A stretch of DNA of 64,000 bases from Actinomycetota bacterium (GCA_947449765.1 CANFSP010000009.1:1266-65265); one strand, 5' to 3'; counted from the stretch's first letter, positions 43,226 to 53,117 are shown. The notes: generated by a model from the letters alone, not told the origin. Translations and numbers: made by a program.

Positions 43226-44545
43226 TCACAGGTCCATGTTGCGGATGATGGCCCTCAGGTTCTCCAGACGCGTGCGCAGCTCCGCCTCCTGACCTCGCTC
43301 GGTCGGTAGGTAGTAATCCTTTCCGACCAGGGCATCCGGCGGATACTGTTGGCGAACGACGCCGTGCTCGCTGTTGTGTGCGTACTGGTAGCCCTTCCCG
43401 TGACCGAGTCGCGCAGCTCCCGGGTATCCCCCGTCACGCAGGTGAATCGGTACCGGGCCAGATTTTCCGGCACGAACATCCGCGATGGCCGAGTTAATGG
43501 CGTTGTATGCCGCGTTTGATTTTGGTGCCAGCGCCAGAAAAATGGTGGCTTCGGCCAGCGGGATGCGCCCCTCGGGCATCCCGATCTGGGCCACCGCCTC
43601 TGCCGCCGAAACTGCCAACGTCAGCGCCTGCGGCGAGGCAAGGCCGATATCTTCCGATGCCGAGATGACGAGCCGCCGCGCGATGAATCGCGGATCTTCG
43701 CCGGCTTCAATCATGCGCGCAAGGTAGTGGATTGCTGCGTCCGGATCGGAGCCGCGAATGGATTTAATGAACGCGCTGATCACGTCATAGTGCTCATCGC
43801 CTTGTCGGTCGTATCTCAGCAAAGCGCGGTCGACAGCTGCTTCAACATCAGCATCAGTAATTTCTTGGCGATTCTGCGCACTCGCGATTGCGGCGGCCGC
43901 ATCAAGCGCCGTGAGGGCACGTCGAGCGTCACCACTCGACATCGCAACCAGAGCAGCGCGAGCGGACTCAGCCAAGGTGAAGTGACCAGCGAGACCATAG
44001 GATGCCGTGAGCGCTCGCTCAACCACCTCGGTGAGGTGTTCGTTAGTGAGCAAATCAAGACGCAAGAGAATCGACCGGGATAAGAGCGGACTTATCACGC
44101 TGAACGACGGATTTTCCGTGGTTGCTGCAATGAGCGTTACCCAGCCGTTTTCGACGCCGGGGAGAAGGGCATCTTGTTGTGCCTTTGTGAAGCGGTGGAT
44201 TTCGTCGAGAAACAAAATCGTGCCGGTGCCGTAGAGGTCTTTTTCGCCACGAGCTTTGTCCATGACCGCACGAACGTCTTTCACGCCCGCGGTCACCGCC
44301 GATAATTCAACGAATGTTCGACCCGCGGTTCGCGCAATCACATGCGCCAGGCTCGTTTTGCCGGTTCCCGGTGGCCCCCACAGCACGACAGAGACTGTAG
44401 AAGTACTTTCTGGATTGGCAATTGTTCGCAAGGGCGAACCTTGCCCCAACAGATGCGACTGACCAATGACGTCATCCAGCGAGTGTGGTCTCATCCGCAC
44501 GGCGAGGGGCGCACTGGAATGACCGAGAGATGGTTCAGCTGGCAC
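43226..44545 (-). CDS. rarA: replication-associated recombination protein A (MgsA/RarA AAA+ ATPase)
   Basis: 439 aa with Walker A WGPPGTGKTS, Walker B ILFLDEIHRF and a MgsA C-terminal domain. Confidence 0.93.
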   Translation of the reverse strand: MPAEPSLGHSSAPLAVRMRPHSLDDVIGQSHLLGQGSPLRTIANPESTSTVSVVLWGPPGTGKTSLAHVIARTAGRTFVELSAVTAGVKDVRAVMDKARGEKDLYGTGTILFLDEIHRFTKAQQDALLPGVENGWVTLIAATTENPSFSVISPLLSRSILLRLDLLTNEHLTEVVERALTASYGLAGHFTLAESARAALVAMSSGDARRALTALDAAAAIASAQNRQEITDADVEAAVDRALLRYDRQGDEHYDVISAFIKSIRGSDPDAAIHYLARMIEAGEDPRFIARRLVISASEDIGLASPQALTLAVSAAEAVAQIGMPEGRIPLAEATIFLALAPKSNAAYNAINSAIADVRAGKSGPVPIHLRDGGYPGAARLGHGKGYQYAHNSEHGVVRQQYPPDALVGKDYYLPTERGQEAELRTRLENLRAIIRNMDL

Positions 44546-44601
44546 ACATTGAGACTACCTAGGCTGGCACGCGATCGTACGCGAGTGCGCCTAAGATTTT
44601 C

Positions 44602-45393
44602 TTGACCGATGAGCGAAAGGCTCCCCCCACTGTGGCTGCACCGAAAAACGCAAAACTTGCCCGAGAATCTCGCGATCGTCTGCGTTCATTTAACGCACGG
44701 CAAGCGATGCACGAGCGTAAGCGAAACAGGCGGCGCAAGGACAACCTCACGTGGGGCCTTGTTGCGGGAGCCGCCATCCTCGTCGCCGTCGGGTCTCAAG
44801 TCGGTCTCGCCATCACCGGAGGCGGCGGGAGCGCATCCCCGTCCGCCTCGGGTCTCAGTCTCCCCGACAAGTCATTGGCCCAAGACAAAACGTGGAATGC
44901 CACGCTGGGGATTGACGGCGTCGCGCTCACCGTTGAGCTCGACGGCGCACAGGCACCCCAGGCAGTTTCCAGCACGATCTCGCTCGCTCAACAGGGCTTT
45001 TACAACTCGCTGACGTGTCACCGACTCACTACTGATGGCATCTTCGTGCTCCAGTGTGGCGATCCGAACGGTGATGGAAGTGGTGGCCCCGGCTACTCGT
45101 ATGGGCCGATAGAGAATGCGCCAGTCGACAACCTTTACCCTGCCGGCACGATCGCCATGGCTCGACAGGGCAATAACGCCGCTAGCCAAGGCAGCCAGTT
45201 TTTCATCGTCTACAAAGACTCCATGATTCCCTCGGACACAGCAGGCGGCTACACAGTCATTGGGCACATCACCGGAGGACTCCCGGAACTTGAGAGCACG
45301 GTCATTAGCCAAGGCGTCGCAGACGAATCGACCGATGGGCACCCGGTGGCTCCCGCAGTGATTCAGTATTTCGATATCCTTCCCGGCTCTTAG
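44602..45393 (+). CDS. ppiB: membrane-anchored cyclophilin-type peptidyl-prolyl cis-trans isomerase
   Basis: 263 aa with a basic N-terminus, a TM helix (WGLVAGAAILVAVG) and a cyclophilin core (FHR-like CHRLTTDGIFVLQCGDP...GTIAMAR...SQFFIVY). Confidence 0.88.
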   Translation: MTDERKAPPTVAAPKNAKLARESRDRLRSFNARQAMHERKRNRRRKDNLTWGLVAGAAILVAVGSQVGLAITGGGGSASPSASGLSLPDKSLAQDKTWNATLGIDGVALTVELDGAQAPQAVSSTISLAQQGFYNSLTCHRLTTDGIFVLQCGDPNGDGSGGPGYSYGPIENAPVDNLYPAGTIAMARQGNNAASQGSQFFIVYKDSMIPSDTAGGYTVIGHITGGLPELESTVISQGVADESTDGHPVAPAVIQYFDILPGS

Positions 45394-45540
45394 GGGCGGC
45401 ATTAGCTCACTCCCGCTGAACGCACGCAACCGAAGTGTTGCTGTGAGGTCTCACGGGTGGGCTCTCCGAACACGATTTTTCGACGCGTATTTGTGTGTGC
45501 AATAGGCTAAGGAAGCCACGAGATTACGGGATAAAAAGTT

Positions 45541-46773
45541 ATGAGTAGCAGCACATTCGGTCGTGTCGACGACGAAGGAAATGTTTACGTTACCGATGAC
45601 GGCGTTGAACGCCTCGTCGGTGCTTTTCCCGATGTCTCACCTGAAGAGGCACTCGCCTACTTCCAGCGGAAATTCGACGACATTGTCACCTCCACGGTGA
45701 TCATCGAACGCCGGATCGCCACCGGAGCGACGCACAATGCTCGCGAGCTCACGACCAGCCTTGATGCGGTCGAGGCGGCAATTACCGCCGGTGTCGGAGT
45801 CGGTGACTTTAGTGCGCTTCGCGGCCGTGTCGAAAACCTTCGTGCGGCGATAGCAGTTTTCGCTCAAGAGTCTTCCGCCGAACAGGAGCAAGCTCGCGAG
45901 CAGGTTCTCGCGGAGCGGACCCGAATCGTTGAGGCAATCGAAGCCCTCGCCGCCTCCGACCAATCGTCGATTAACTGGAAAAAAGCCTCGGCGACGACTG
46001 ATGAACTTTTCGCTGCGTGGCAAGCCACTCAGCAGCGTCACATCAAAATTCAGAAGACAGTGGCTGATGACTTGTGGAAGCGCTTTCGAAATGCTCGGAC
46101 GAGCCTCGACCGAGCCCGCCGCGCCCATTTTGCTCAGCTCGACGCAGCATCCAAAGGTGTGAAGACTGCAAAGGAAGCCCTCGTGGCTAAAGCGGAGGCT
46201 CTTTCGACTCTCGCGCCAGAGAAGGCCATAGCCGCCTATCGCGACCTCCTCGCCGAGTGGAAGGTGTCCGGACGGGCATCCAAAAAAGTTGATGACGCCT
46301 TGTGGGCACAGTTCAAGGCGGCCGGAGATGCCTTGTACCAGGCTAAGAAAATCGCGGATTCTGCGGATGATGAGCTCTTCGCAGCAAATCTTGAAGTCAA
46401 GCGCGCACTACTTGTCGAAGGTCAACCAATTCTGTCCATGACAAACCGAGAGCAAGCTCGCGCGTTGCTCTCCTCGATACAGAAGCGCTGGGAATCGGCC
46501 GGAAAAGTCCCCCGTGCCGCAGTTAAAGAAATGGATGCGGGACTGCGAAGCCTCGAGCAAGCAGTCAAGAAGCTCGACGATGACGCGTGGCACAAGTCCG
46601 ACCCGGAAAAGGTAGCACGCTCACAATCCATGCTGGCGGCGATTGAGAACAAAATCGCGAGCCTCGAGGCAGAGCTGGCAAAGGCGACCGCAGCCAAGGA
46701 CCAAAAACGCATTGAGGCGCTCACGGAAGACATCGCAACCCAGCGATCATGGATTTCCGTGCTCGGAAACTAA
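45541..46773 (+). CDS. DUF349 domain-containing protein
   Basis: 410 aa all-helical protein with reiterated W-x2-F/W modules (ELFAAWQATQQ, DDLWKRFRNAR, DALWAQFKAAGDALY, IQKRWESAGKVPR) and the N-terminus FGRVDDEGNVYV typical of actinobacterial DUF349 proteins. Confidence 0.8.
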   Translation: MSSSTFGRVDDEGNVYVTDDGVERLVGAFPDVSPEEALAYFQRKFDDIVTSTVIIERRIATGATHNARELTTSLDAVEAAITAGVGVGDFSALRGRVENLRAAIAVFAQESSAEQEQAREQVLAERTRIVEAIEALAASDQSSINWKKASATTDELFAAWQATQQRHIKIQKTVADDLWKRFRNARTSLDRARRAHFAQLDAASKGVKTAKEALVAKAEALSTLAPEKAIAAYRDLLAEWKVSGRASKKVDDALWAQFKAAGDALYQAKKIADSADDELFAANLEVKRALLVEGQPILSMTNREQARALLSSIQKRWESAGKVPRAAVKEMDAGLRSLEQAVKKLDDDAWHKSDPEKVARSQSMLAAIENKIASLEAELAKATAAKDQKRIEALTEDIATQRSWISVLGN

Positions 46774-47468
46774 CATCCCCAGTTAAGTTATCTCCCACGG
46801 CTTTCCACAAATTCGAGGAGTTGCCGAGCCTTTCGAATGCCACAAGCCATCCTCATGGCATGAGCTATTTCGGGAACTCGCTTGTGGGTGTGATGGATGG
46901 TGGAGCACGACTTTCCGTCGCCGAGATTTCCGCGATGCGGCTTGACGGTGAGGTCTACCGCCTCGCCGAGTTGACTTTTCCCACAGATTCCCCCGCTACG
47001 CCCTCCCTCAAAGCGTTGAGCGTGTGCCACACCGAACCTCACAAGCTCGTGGCCACGGGCAATTCTGCGCTCTGGATTCACGGTCTCACCCACGAACCCA
47101 CTCGTCACGAGGTCACCTTCATCGGCCACACTCGACCAATTGACCTGACGGAACGACTACGCGACATTCGCGAAATCAAAATCGACACAAGTGACCTAGC
47201 AGTTCTACTGCCTCACCCACCTGGCTTACCGATTGATCAGCTTCACATGCACGGAATGGTCGTCACAGCGGAACGTGCCATCGCAGATCTCGCCCGGGAA
47301 TGTGACGGCGACGACGCCGATGTCGTGGAGTCTCTCGTCACCTTGATCACTCGTGGAAAGTGTGACGTCTCTCTGATCTCATCGACAATTGAGAAGGCCC
47401 GCCGAATGCCGCATCGAAAACGTGGACTCAGACGCATTGTGCTCGTCAGACAACGACTGAGCGATTAG
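46749..47468 (+). CDS. hypothetical protein (orphan; weak resemblance to AbiEi-like / winged-helix N-terminal domains)
   Basis: 239-aa ORF with alternative ATG starts at 46860 and 46893. I recognise no catalytic motif. Segments EISAMRLDGEVYRL and GNSALWIHGL resemble AbiEi-type antitoxin N-domains only loosely. Its stop codon overlaps the convergent relA stop. Confidence 0.45.
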   Translation: MDFRARKLTSPVKLSPTAFHKFEELPSLSNATSHPHGMSYFGNSLVGVMDGGARLSVAEISAMRLDGEVYRLAELTFPTDSPATPSLKALSVCHTEPHKLVATGNSALWIHGLTHEPTRHEVTFIGHTRPIDLTERLRDIREIKIDTSDLAVLLPHPPGLPIDQLHMHGMVVTAERAIADLARECDGDDADVVESLVTLITRGKCDVSLISSTIEKARRMPHRKRGLRRIVLVRQRLSD

Positions 47469-49783
47469 CTCTCATTCACTCGATACACGTCGTACACCGC
47501 ATCGATTCGACGAACCGCATTGAGAACACGCTCAAGATGGCGCGCATCGCCGGTCTCAAACGCAAAACGCGACAGGGCTAATCGTTCACTCGTCGTATTT
47601 ACCGAAGCCGACAAGATGTTGACATGGTGTTCCGAGAGCACACGGGTGACGTCCGAGAGCAAACCAGCGCGGTCAAGAGCCTCCACTTGGATGTTGACCA
47701 AGAAAATGCTCTGCGCATTTGGGGACCACGAAACGTCGATGAGCCGATCGGGCTCTCGTTTCAGGGATTCGACATTGTTACAGGTGTCGCGATGAACCGA
47801 AACGCCCTGACCTCGAGTGATAAAGCCGACAATTTCATCTCCGGGAACGGGAGTACAGCACTTCGCAAGCTTGACGAGAATATCTGGCGCACCTCGAACT
47901 AGCACCCCTGAATCACTTCGTCGTTGACTGCGGAGATTTTGGTTTGCCGGCAGCGTGAATCCGGAAAGGTCGTCGCCCTCAACCGTGTTGTCTTGAGTGG
48001 CAACGAGTTTCTCGATGACGGACTGTGTTGACACATGCCCTTCACCTACGGCCGCGTAAAGGGCGCTGACATCGTCGTAATGCATGACAGCCAGCACGTG
48101 AGAAAGAGCATCAGCACTCATGAGTCGCTGCAGAGGCAGATTGTTTTTGCGCATTGCCCGTGCAATAGCTTCTTTGCCGCTCTCGATGGCCTCGTCGCGA
48201 CGCTCCTTCGTGAACCACTGCTTAATTTTGTTTCGGGTCCTCGTGCTCTTGACGAAGTTGAGCCAATCCTGACTCGGACCAGAATCCGGATTCTTGCTGG
48301 TCAAGACCTCAACAACATCACCGCTCGAGAGATTGGTATCTAAGGGAACCAGTCGTCCGTTGACCTTTGCCCCCATGGTGCGATGGCCGATCTCGGTGTG
48401 CACCGCGTAGGCAAAGTCGACGGGAGTTGCGCCAGAAGGCAAACCGATTACACGACCCTTGGGCGTGAAGACGTAGACCTCTTTTGCACCGATCTCAAAG
48501 CGCAGCGAGTCAAGGAATTCGCCCGGATCGTCGGTTTCGGACTCCCAGTCCGAAATGTGCGCCAACCACGCCATGTCGTTGTCGACGGACGAGAGTGCAT
48601 CAGACCCACGTCCACCCGAGACCTTGTCTTTGTACTTCCAGTGTGCAGCAACTCCGTACTCAGCTCTCTGGTGCATCTCCAGCGTACGGATCTGAATTTC
48701 CACGGGTCGACCGGAGGGGCCCATCACGGTGGTGTGAAGCGACTGGTACAAGTTGAATTTCGGGGTTGCGATGTAGTCCTTGAAACGTCCTGGAATGGGA
48801 TTCCATCGGGCGTGAATGCTTCCCAATATCGCGTAACAATCGCGCACGGTCGGGACGATGACCCGAATCCCGACGAGATCGTAGATTTCATCGAACTCAC
48901 GACCTCGGCCGACCATCTTCTGATAAATCGAATAGAGCTGTTTGGGACGCCCGCTGACGTCACCGCGAACACGCAAAGCGCGCAAATCCCCGCGCACCAA
49001 GTCGATCACGTCGGTCACGAACTTTTCGCGCTGTGGACTTCGCGCCGCGACGAGGTTGTTAATTTCTTCGTAGATCTTTGGGTGCAGGACGCCAAAGCTG
49101 AGGTCCTCTAATTCCCACTTGATGGCTTGAATTCCCAGTCGGTGCGCCAAAGGGGTATAAATTTCGAGAGTTTCTCGGGCTTTTCGGGCTGCTGACTCCG
49201 GGCTCACAAAGCCCCATGTTCTCGCGTTGTGTAGGCGATCCGCGAGTTTGACCACGAGCACGCGCACGTCTTTGGACATCGCGACGATCATCTTGCGAAC
49301 GGTTTCCGCTTGCGCGCTATCGCCATATTTGACTTTGTCTAGCTTCGTCACGCCATCCACGAGCATGGCAACTTCGGCACCGAAATGTGCCGACACATCA
49401 TCCAGTGAGAGATTGGTGTCTTCTACCGTGTCGTGCAGCAAAGCCGCAATGACCGTTTTGCTGCTCAGGCCGAGATCGGCGAGAATTCGGGCAACAGCCA
49501 CCGGATGAGTGATGTACGGCTCACCACTGGCTCTCGTCTGTCCCTCATGAGCCGTCTTGGCCATCTCGTAGGCTGCTTCAATGGCTGCAACATCGGCACG
49601 AGGATGATGCTTGCGGACTGCCCTGACAAGTTCGGCAATACCGTCGGTGCTTTGCGCTCGGCTAAAAATTTTAGGAACAAAGCGTCGGAGCGTGGTCGCC
49701 GCAGCTGGCGTCGGTTCAGGCACCACGCCGACAGCATCCACAGAGGATGCGTGTTTGTCTTGCGACGACGTGGTATCAGTCAC
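47465..49783 (-). CDS. relA: bifunctional (p)ppGpp synthetase/hydrolase RelA/SpoT (Rel)
   Basis: 772 aa with the HD hydrolase motif HDTVEDT, a synthetase domain (RFKDYIATPKFNLYQSLHTTV), and TGS and ACT domains. Confidence 0.97.
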   Translation of the reverse strand: MTDTTSSQDKHASSVDAVGVVPEPTPAAATTLRRFVPKIFSRAQSTDGIAELVRAVRKHHPRADVAAIEAAYEMAKTAHEGQTRASGEPYITHPVAVARILADLGLSSKTVIAALLHDTVEDTNLSLDDVSAHFGAEVAMLVDGVTKLDKVKYGDSAQAETVRKMIVAMSKDVRVLVVKLADRLHNARTWGFVSPESAARKARETLEIYTPLAHRLGIQAIKWELEDLSFGVLHPKIYEEINNLVAARSPQREKFVTDVIDLVRGDLRALRVRGDVSGRPKQLYSIYQKMVGRGREFDEIYDLVGIRVIVPTVRDCYAILGSIHARWNPIPGRFKDYIATPKFNLYQSLHTTVMGPSGRPVEIQIRTLEMHQRAEYGVAAHWKYKDKVSGGRGSDALSSVDNDMAWLAHISDWESETDDPGEFLDSLRFEIGAKEVYVFTPKGRVIGLPSGATPVDFAYAVHTEIGHRTMGAKVNGRLVPLDTNLSSGDVVEVLTSKNPDSGPSQDWLNFVKSTRTRNKIKQWFTKERRDEAIESGKEAIARAMRKNNLPLQRLMSADALSHVLAVMHYDDVSALYAAVGEGHVSTQSVIEKLVATQDNTVEGDDLSGFTLPANQNLRSQRRSDSGVLVRGAPDILVKLAKCCTPVPGDEIVGFITRGQGVSVHRDTCNNVESLKREPDRLIDVSWSPNAQSIFLVNIQVEALDRAGLLSDVTRVLSEHHVNILSASVNTTSERLALSRFAFETGDARHLERVLNAVRRIDAVYDVYRVNES

Positions 49784-49852
49784 TGCTCACCTGCCTACGC
49801 CCATTATCGCAGGCGAAGCACCTCGAGCACGGACGCGAACACGGTGACTGGA

Positions 49853-50860
49853 CTAGACCTCGACGGAGCGAGCCTGAGCGCTCAGAATTTTGTTATCGGC
49901 TTTTTTGATCGCGCTTTCACGTCCGCGCCAGCCCGCGTACAACGGCGCAGCGAGGAACAGCGTGGAATACGTACCCACGACGATTCCGATCAGGAGCGCA
50001 AGCGAAATGTCGCGAAGCGTTCCCGCCCCGAGAACAAATGCGCCGATGAAAAGAATCGATGCAACAGGTAGAGCCGCAACGACCGAGGTATTGATGGAGC
50101 GCACGAGGGTTTGATTCACCGCGAGGTTCACTTGCTGGCCGAAGGTCTTGCTCATATCGCGAGCGACACCGAGGGTATTTTCACGGATCTTGTCAAAGAC
50201 CACCACAGTGTCATACAGGGAGTATCCGAGAATCGTGAGAAGACCGATTACCGCGCCGGGGGTTACTTCAAATCCGGTAATTCCGTAGACACCCGCCGTA
50301 ATGATGACGTCGTGGAGCAACGCAACAATCGCAACGACGGACATCTTCCAGGTGCGGAAGTAAATCGCCATGAGCAACGCAGCGAGAACGAGGAACACGA
50401 TAAGGCCACGAATTGCCGTTTGCGTGATGTCTTGACCCCAGGTTGCCCCGATAAACGACGAGGTGACGTTCGTTTCAGGCACACCATACGCACTGGCTAA
50501 CGCAGTTTTGACCTCGTTCGTTTGAGCGTTGGTCATTTGACTTGTTTGCACACGAATACCGGAAGATCCAACGACAGAAACCTTCGGCGCGACATCTCCA
50601 ACCACGGATTCGACAGCAGTCGTTGCCAGGGTTTGGTCCGTGGTCGCTGCATCACTGATGATGAACTCACTACCGCCCGTAAACTCGATGCCAAAGTTGT
50701 AGGCGGGAGTTCCGGTAATCGCAGCGCGCGCGAACGGACCAGCGAGTGCCACAACGACAAGAATGAGCGAGACGACATAGAACACGCGGCGACGGCCGAC
50801 AAAGTTGACGGACTTCACGCCCGAGTAGAGGTCATTACCAAGTTGAGTGAATTTAGACAT
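49853..50860 (-). CDS. secF: protein translocase subunit SecF
   Basis: 335 aa with six TM helices and a SecD/SecF C-terminal pattern. 1-nt overlap with secD. Confidence 0.93.
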   Translation of the reverse strand: MSKFTQLGNDLYSGVKSVNFVGRRRVFYVVSLILVVVALAGPFARAAITGTPAYNFGIEFTGGSEFIISDAATTDQTLATTAVESVVGDVAPKVSVVGSSGIRVQTSQMTNAQTNEVKTALASAYGVPETNVTSSFIGATWGQDITQTAIRGLIVFLVLAALLMAIYFRTWKMSVVAIVALLHDVIITAGVYGITGFEVTPGAVIGLLTILGYSLYDTVVVFDKIRENTLGVARDMSKTFGQQVNLAVNQTLVRSINTSVVAALPVASILFIGAFVLGAGTLRDISLALLIGIVVGTYSTLFLAAPLYAGWRGRESAIKKADNKILSAQARSVEV

Positions 50861-52560
50861 TAGTTGTCGTCCTTTCCACTGGTGGCATCCGCATTGTCGG
50901 CAAGCATCGCCGCCTTGCGCTCAGCAATGGTCTGGCGTTTGGCAGCTTCGCGTGACGACGACGCGACTTTGCTGGAGCGCACCGACGCGGAGGGAGCGAA
51001 CTGCGCGCGACCTCGGTAAACCGCACCTAGCGCACTGGGGTCAAGTCCACTGAGGGGATGTCCGGACGCAAAGAACCTCGTCTGAGCCAATAGGGCCAAG
51101 ACGGGGTGCGTGAAGAGTGCCACAACGACGACGTCAACAATTGTGGTCAAACCCAGCGTAAGTGCGAAGCCACGGACGTTACCAATCGCGAGGATGAAGA
51201 GCACAAGAGCTGCGAGAACGTTGACCGCGTCACTGGCCAAAATCGTGCGCAACGCTCGACGCCATCCCGTCTCGACAGCAGATTCCAGACCTCGCCCATC
51301 GCGTAACTCATCGCGGGTTCGCTCAAAGAACACGATGAAGGAGTCGGCGGTGATACCGATTGCGACGATCAAACCGGCCACACCAGCAAGTGACAATCGG
51401 TAGCCCTGATACCAGCTCAGAATCGTGACCAACAGGTACGTAATCACAGCCGCAACACCGAGGGAGAACACCGTGACGAGACCCAAGGCGCGGTACTGAA
51501 TCAGCGAATAGATGATGACCAGAATGAGTCCGATCAGACCCGCAAGCAAGCCATTGACAAGTTGAGTCGTTCCGAGAGTGGCCGAGATGCTGTCGGAACT
51601 CTGAACGGTAAATCCGATGGGGAGTGCACCATACTTCAACTGGTCGGCAAGCGTCTTAGCTGACGACTGGGTAAAGCCGCCGGAAATCTGCGGCTTTCCG
51701 TCGGTGATAGCAGCCTTCGTTGCAGGAGCCGAGATGACCGATCCGTCAAGAACAATGGCGAACTGGTTTCGCGCGCCGGTGAGCGCCGAAAGGCGAGTGG
51801 TCACCTTAGCAAACGCGTCGGTACCCTCGGGGTTGAAGGTCATGTAGACAGCCCACTGACCCGTTGAGGCACCAGTGGATGTCTGGATGAGACCACTCGT
51901 GGCATCGGAAATTTGTGAACCAGTGACCTCAACCGGCCCAAGCAGGAACTTGGCGGTTCCGGACACGTCACACGTGATGAGTGGTTGGTCTGTCGGTGCG
52001 ACGGCAGCTTGCTGTGCGTTGGCTGCCGAGCACTGGTAGGTGTCGTAGGCAGTCTGGAGCTCAGGAGTTACCCACGCCGGGTCACTCGCATCCGTCGGCG
52101 CAACTGACGGCGTGGATGACGGTATCGGTGCAGGAGTTTCGGTGGCGTTCGTAGCCTGTTGCGGGGTAGCCGCATCAGTCAAAATGACAGCACGGAAATC
52201 AAGCTTGGCTGATGCTTCAATGCGATTGATTGTGTCTTGGTCGGGAGTTCCCGGAATGGACACAACAATGTTTTTCTCGCCCTGTGTGTTGACCTCAGCC
52301 TCACTCACCCCGGCCGAATCAACGCGTTGACGAATAATCGCCACCGCTTGAGTCAGCTGCTCCGGTGTTACAGCCTGACCATCGGTCAGCTGTGGCGTGA
52401 GCACAATTTGCGTACCACCCTGCAAATCAAGTGCAAGCTTCGGAGTCCAGGATCCTCCCCCAAACAGCACTCCGGCGAAGTTAATACCGGCTAGGGCGAT
52501 GACAATCACGCCAAGCCAAATCAGATTTTTCGCGGCGGAGCGCATGGGAGTACGGGACAC
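50860..52560 (-). CDS. secD: protein translocase subunit SecD
   Basis: 566 aa with a large periplasmic-type loop (LALDLQGGTQIVL) and a C-terminal 5-TM block. Confidence 0.94.
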   Translation of the reverse strand: MSRTPMRSAAKNLIWLGVIVIALAGINFAGVLFGGGSWTPKLALDLQGGTQIVLTPQLTDGQAVTPEQLTQAVAIIRQRVDSAGVSEAEVNTQGEKNIVVSIPGTPDQDTINRIEASAKLDFRAVILTDAATPQQATNATETPAPIPSSTPSVAPTDASDPAWVTPELQTAYDTYQCSAANAQQAAVAPTDQPLITCDVSGTAKFLLGPVEVTGSQISDATSGLIQTSTGASTGQWAVYMTFNPEGTDAFAKVTTRLSALTGARNQFAIVLDGSVISAPATKAAITDGKPQISGGFTQSSAKTLADQLKYGALPIGFTVQSSDSISATLGTTQLVNGLLAGLIGLILVIIYSLIQYRALGLVTVFSLGVAAVITYLLVTILSWYQGYRLSLAGVAGLIVAIGITADSFIVFFERTRDELRDGRGLESAVETGWRRALRTILASDAVNVLAALVLFILAIGNVRGFALTLGLTTIVDVVVVALFTHPVLALLAQTRFFASGHPLSGLDPSALGAVYRGRAQFAPSASVRSSKVASSSREAAKRQTIAERKAAMLADNADATSGKDDN

Positions 52561-52652
52561 AGTTTTCCTCGTTAGCAGGGTCTAGGGAAATTTTCCTGCC
52601 TGGAGGGGATTCGCCTCAGCGAAGCCTCTCAACGCAGAGCCTAGGAGGGAAG

Positions 52653-53117
52653 TTAGGACGACTTTTTGGCGGTACCAGAAGATTTGGTAGCCGGCTTAGC
52701 GGTCGACTTGGCACCCGTTGACTTTGTCGCACTTGTCTTGGCTGTGGTCGATTTTGCTGCGCTGCTCGATCGGACACCGAAAGCGGGTGCGTCAGTCGAA
52801 ACGGACGCTTTCGCCGGAGCCGAGACAACCTCAGGAGCACCCTCGACAACTCGAGCGATTGCCTGGCGGTGGATTTTGATCACGGAATTTGGCGAAATCT
52901 CAAGCATGCAGATGTTTTCTACGTTGTCGATGGAAACAACTTTTCCGTAGAGCCCGAACGAGGTCATCACCGTGACACCGGGAACAAACTTTTTAGCCAT
53001 CTCTTCAGCGTCACGCTTACGCTTGCGACTGTTGCGAATCATGAAGAATACGAGCACAGCCAGTACCGCAATCATCAGGAGCATGGTTGGGTCTTTAAAG
53101 AAATTTGCGAGATCCAT
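52653..53117 (-). CDS. yajC: preprotein translocase subunit YajC with Lys/Ser/Thr/Ala-rich C-terminal tail
   Basis: The ATG at 53117 gives MDLANFFKDPTMLLMIAVLAVLVFFMIRNSRKRKR and a YajC core (GVTVMTSFGLYGKVVSI). The last ~60 aa are low complexity (AKSTTAKTSATKSTGAKSTAKPATKSSGTAKKSS). Confidence 0.85.
   Translation of the reverse strand: MDLANFFKDPTMLLMIAVLAVLVFFMIRNSRKRKRDAEEMAKKFVPGVTVMTSFGLYGKVVSIDNVENICMLEISPNSVIKIHRQAIARVVEGAPEVVSAPAKASVSTDAPAFGVRSSSAAKSTTAKTSATKSTGAKSTAKPATKSSGTAKKSS

Noticed and set aside
49784-49852. Missing apt between secF and relA, and missing pepQ between aroQ and efp (33578-33663), relative to the mycobacterial gene order.
   Set aside because: Absence from a syntenic slot does not show absence from the genome. 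The spacers (69 and 86 bp) contain no gene remnants that I can see. This is consistent with a streamlined genome and cannot be evaluated from this window.
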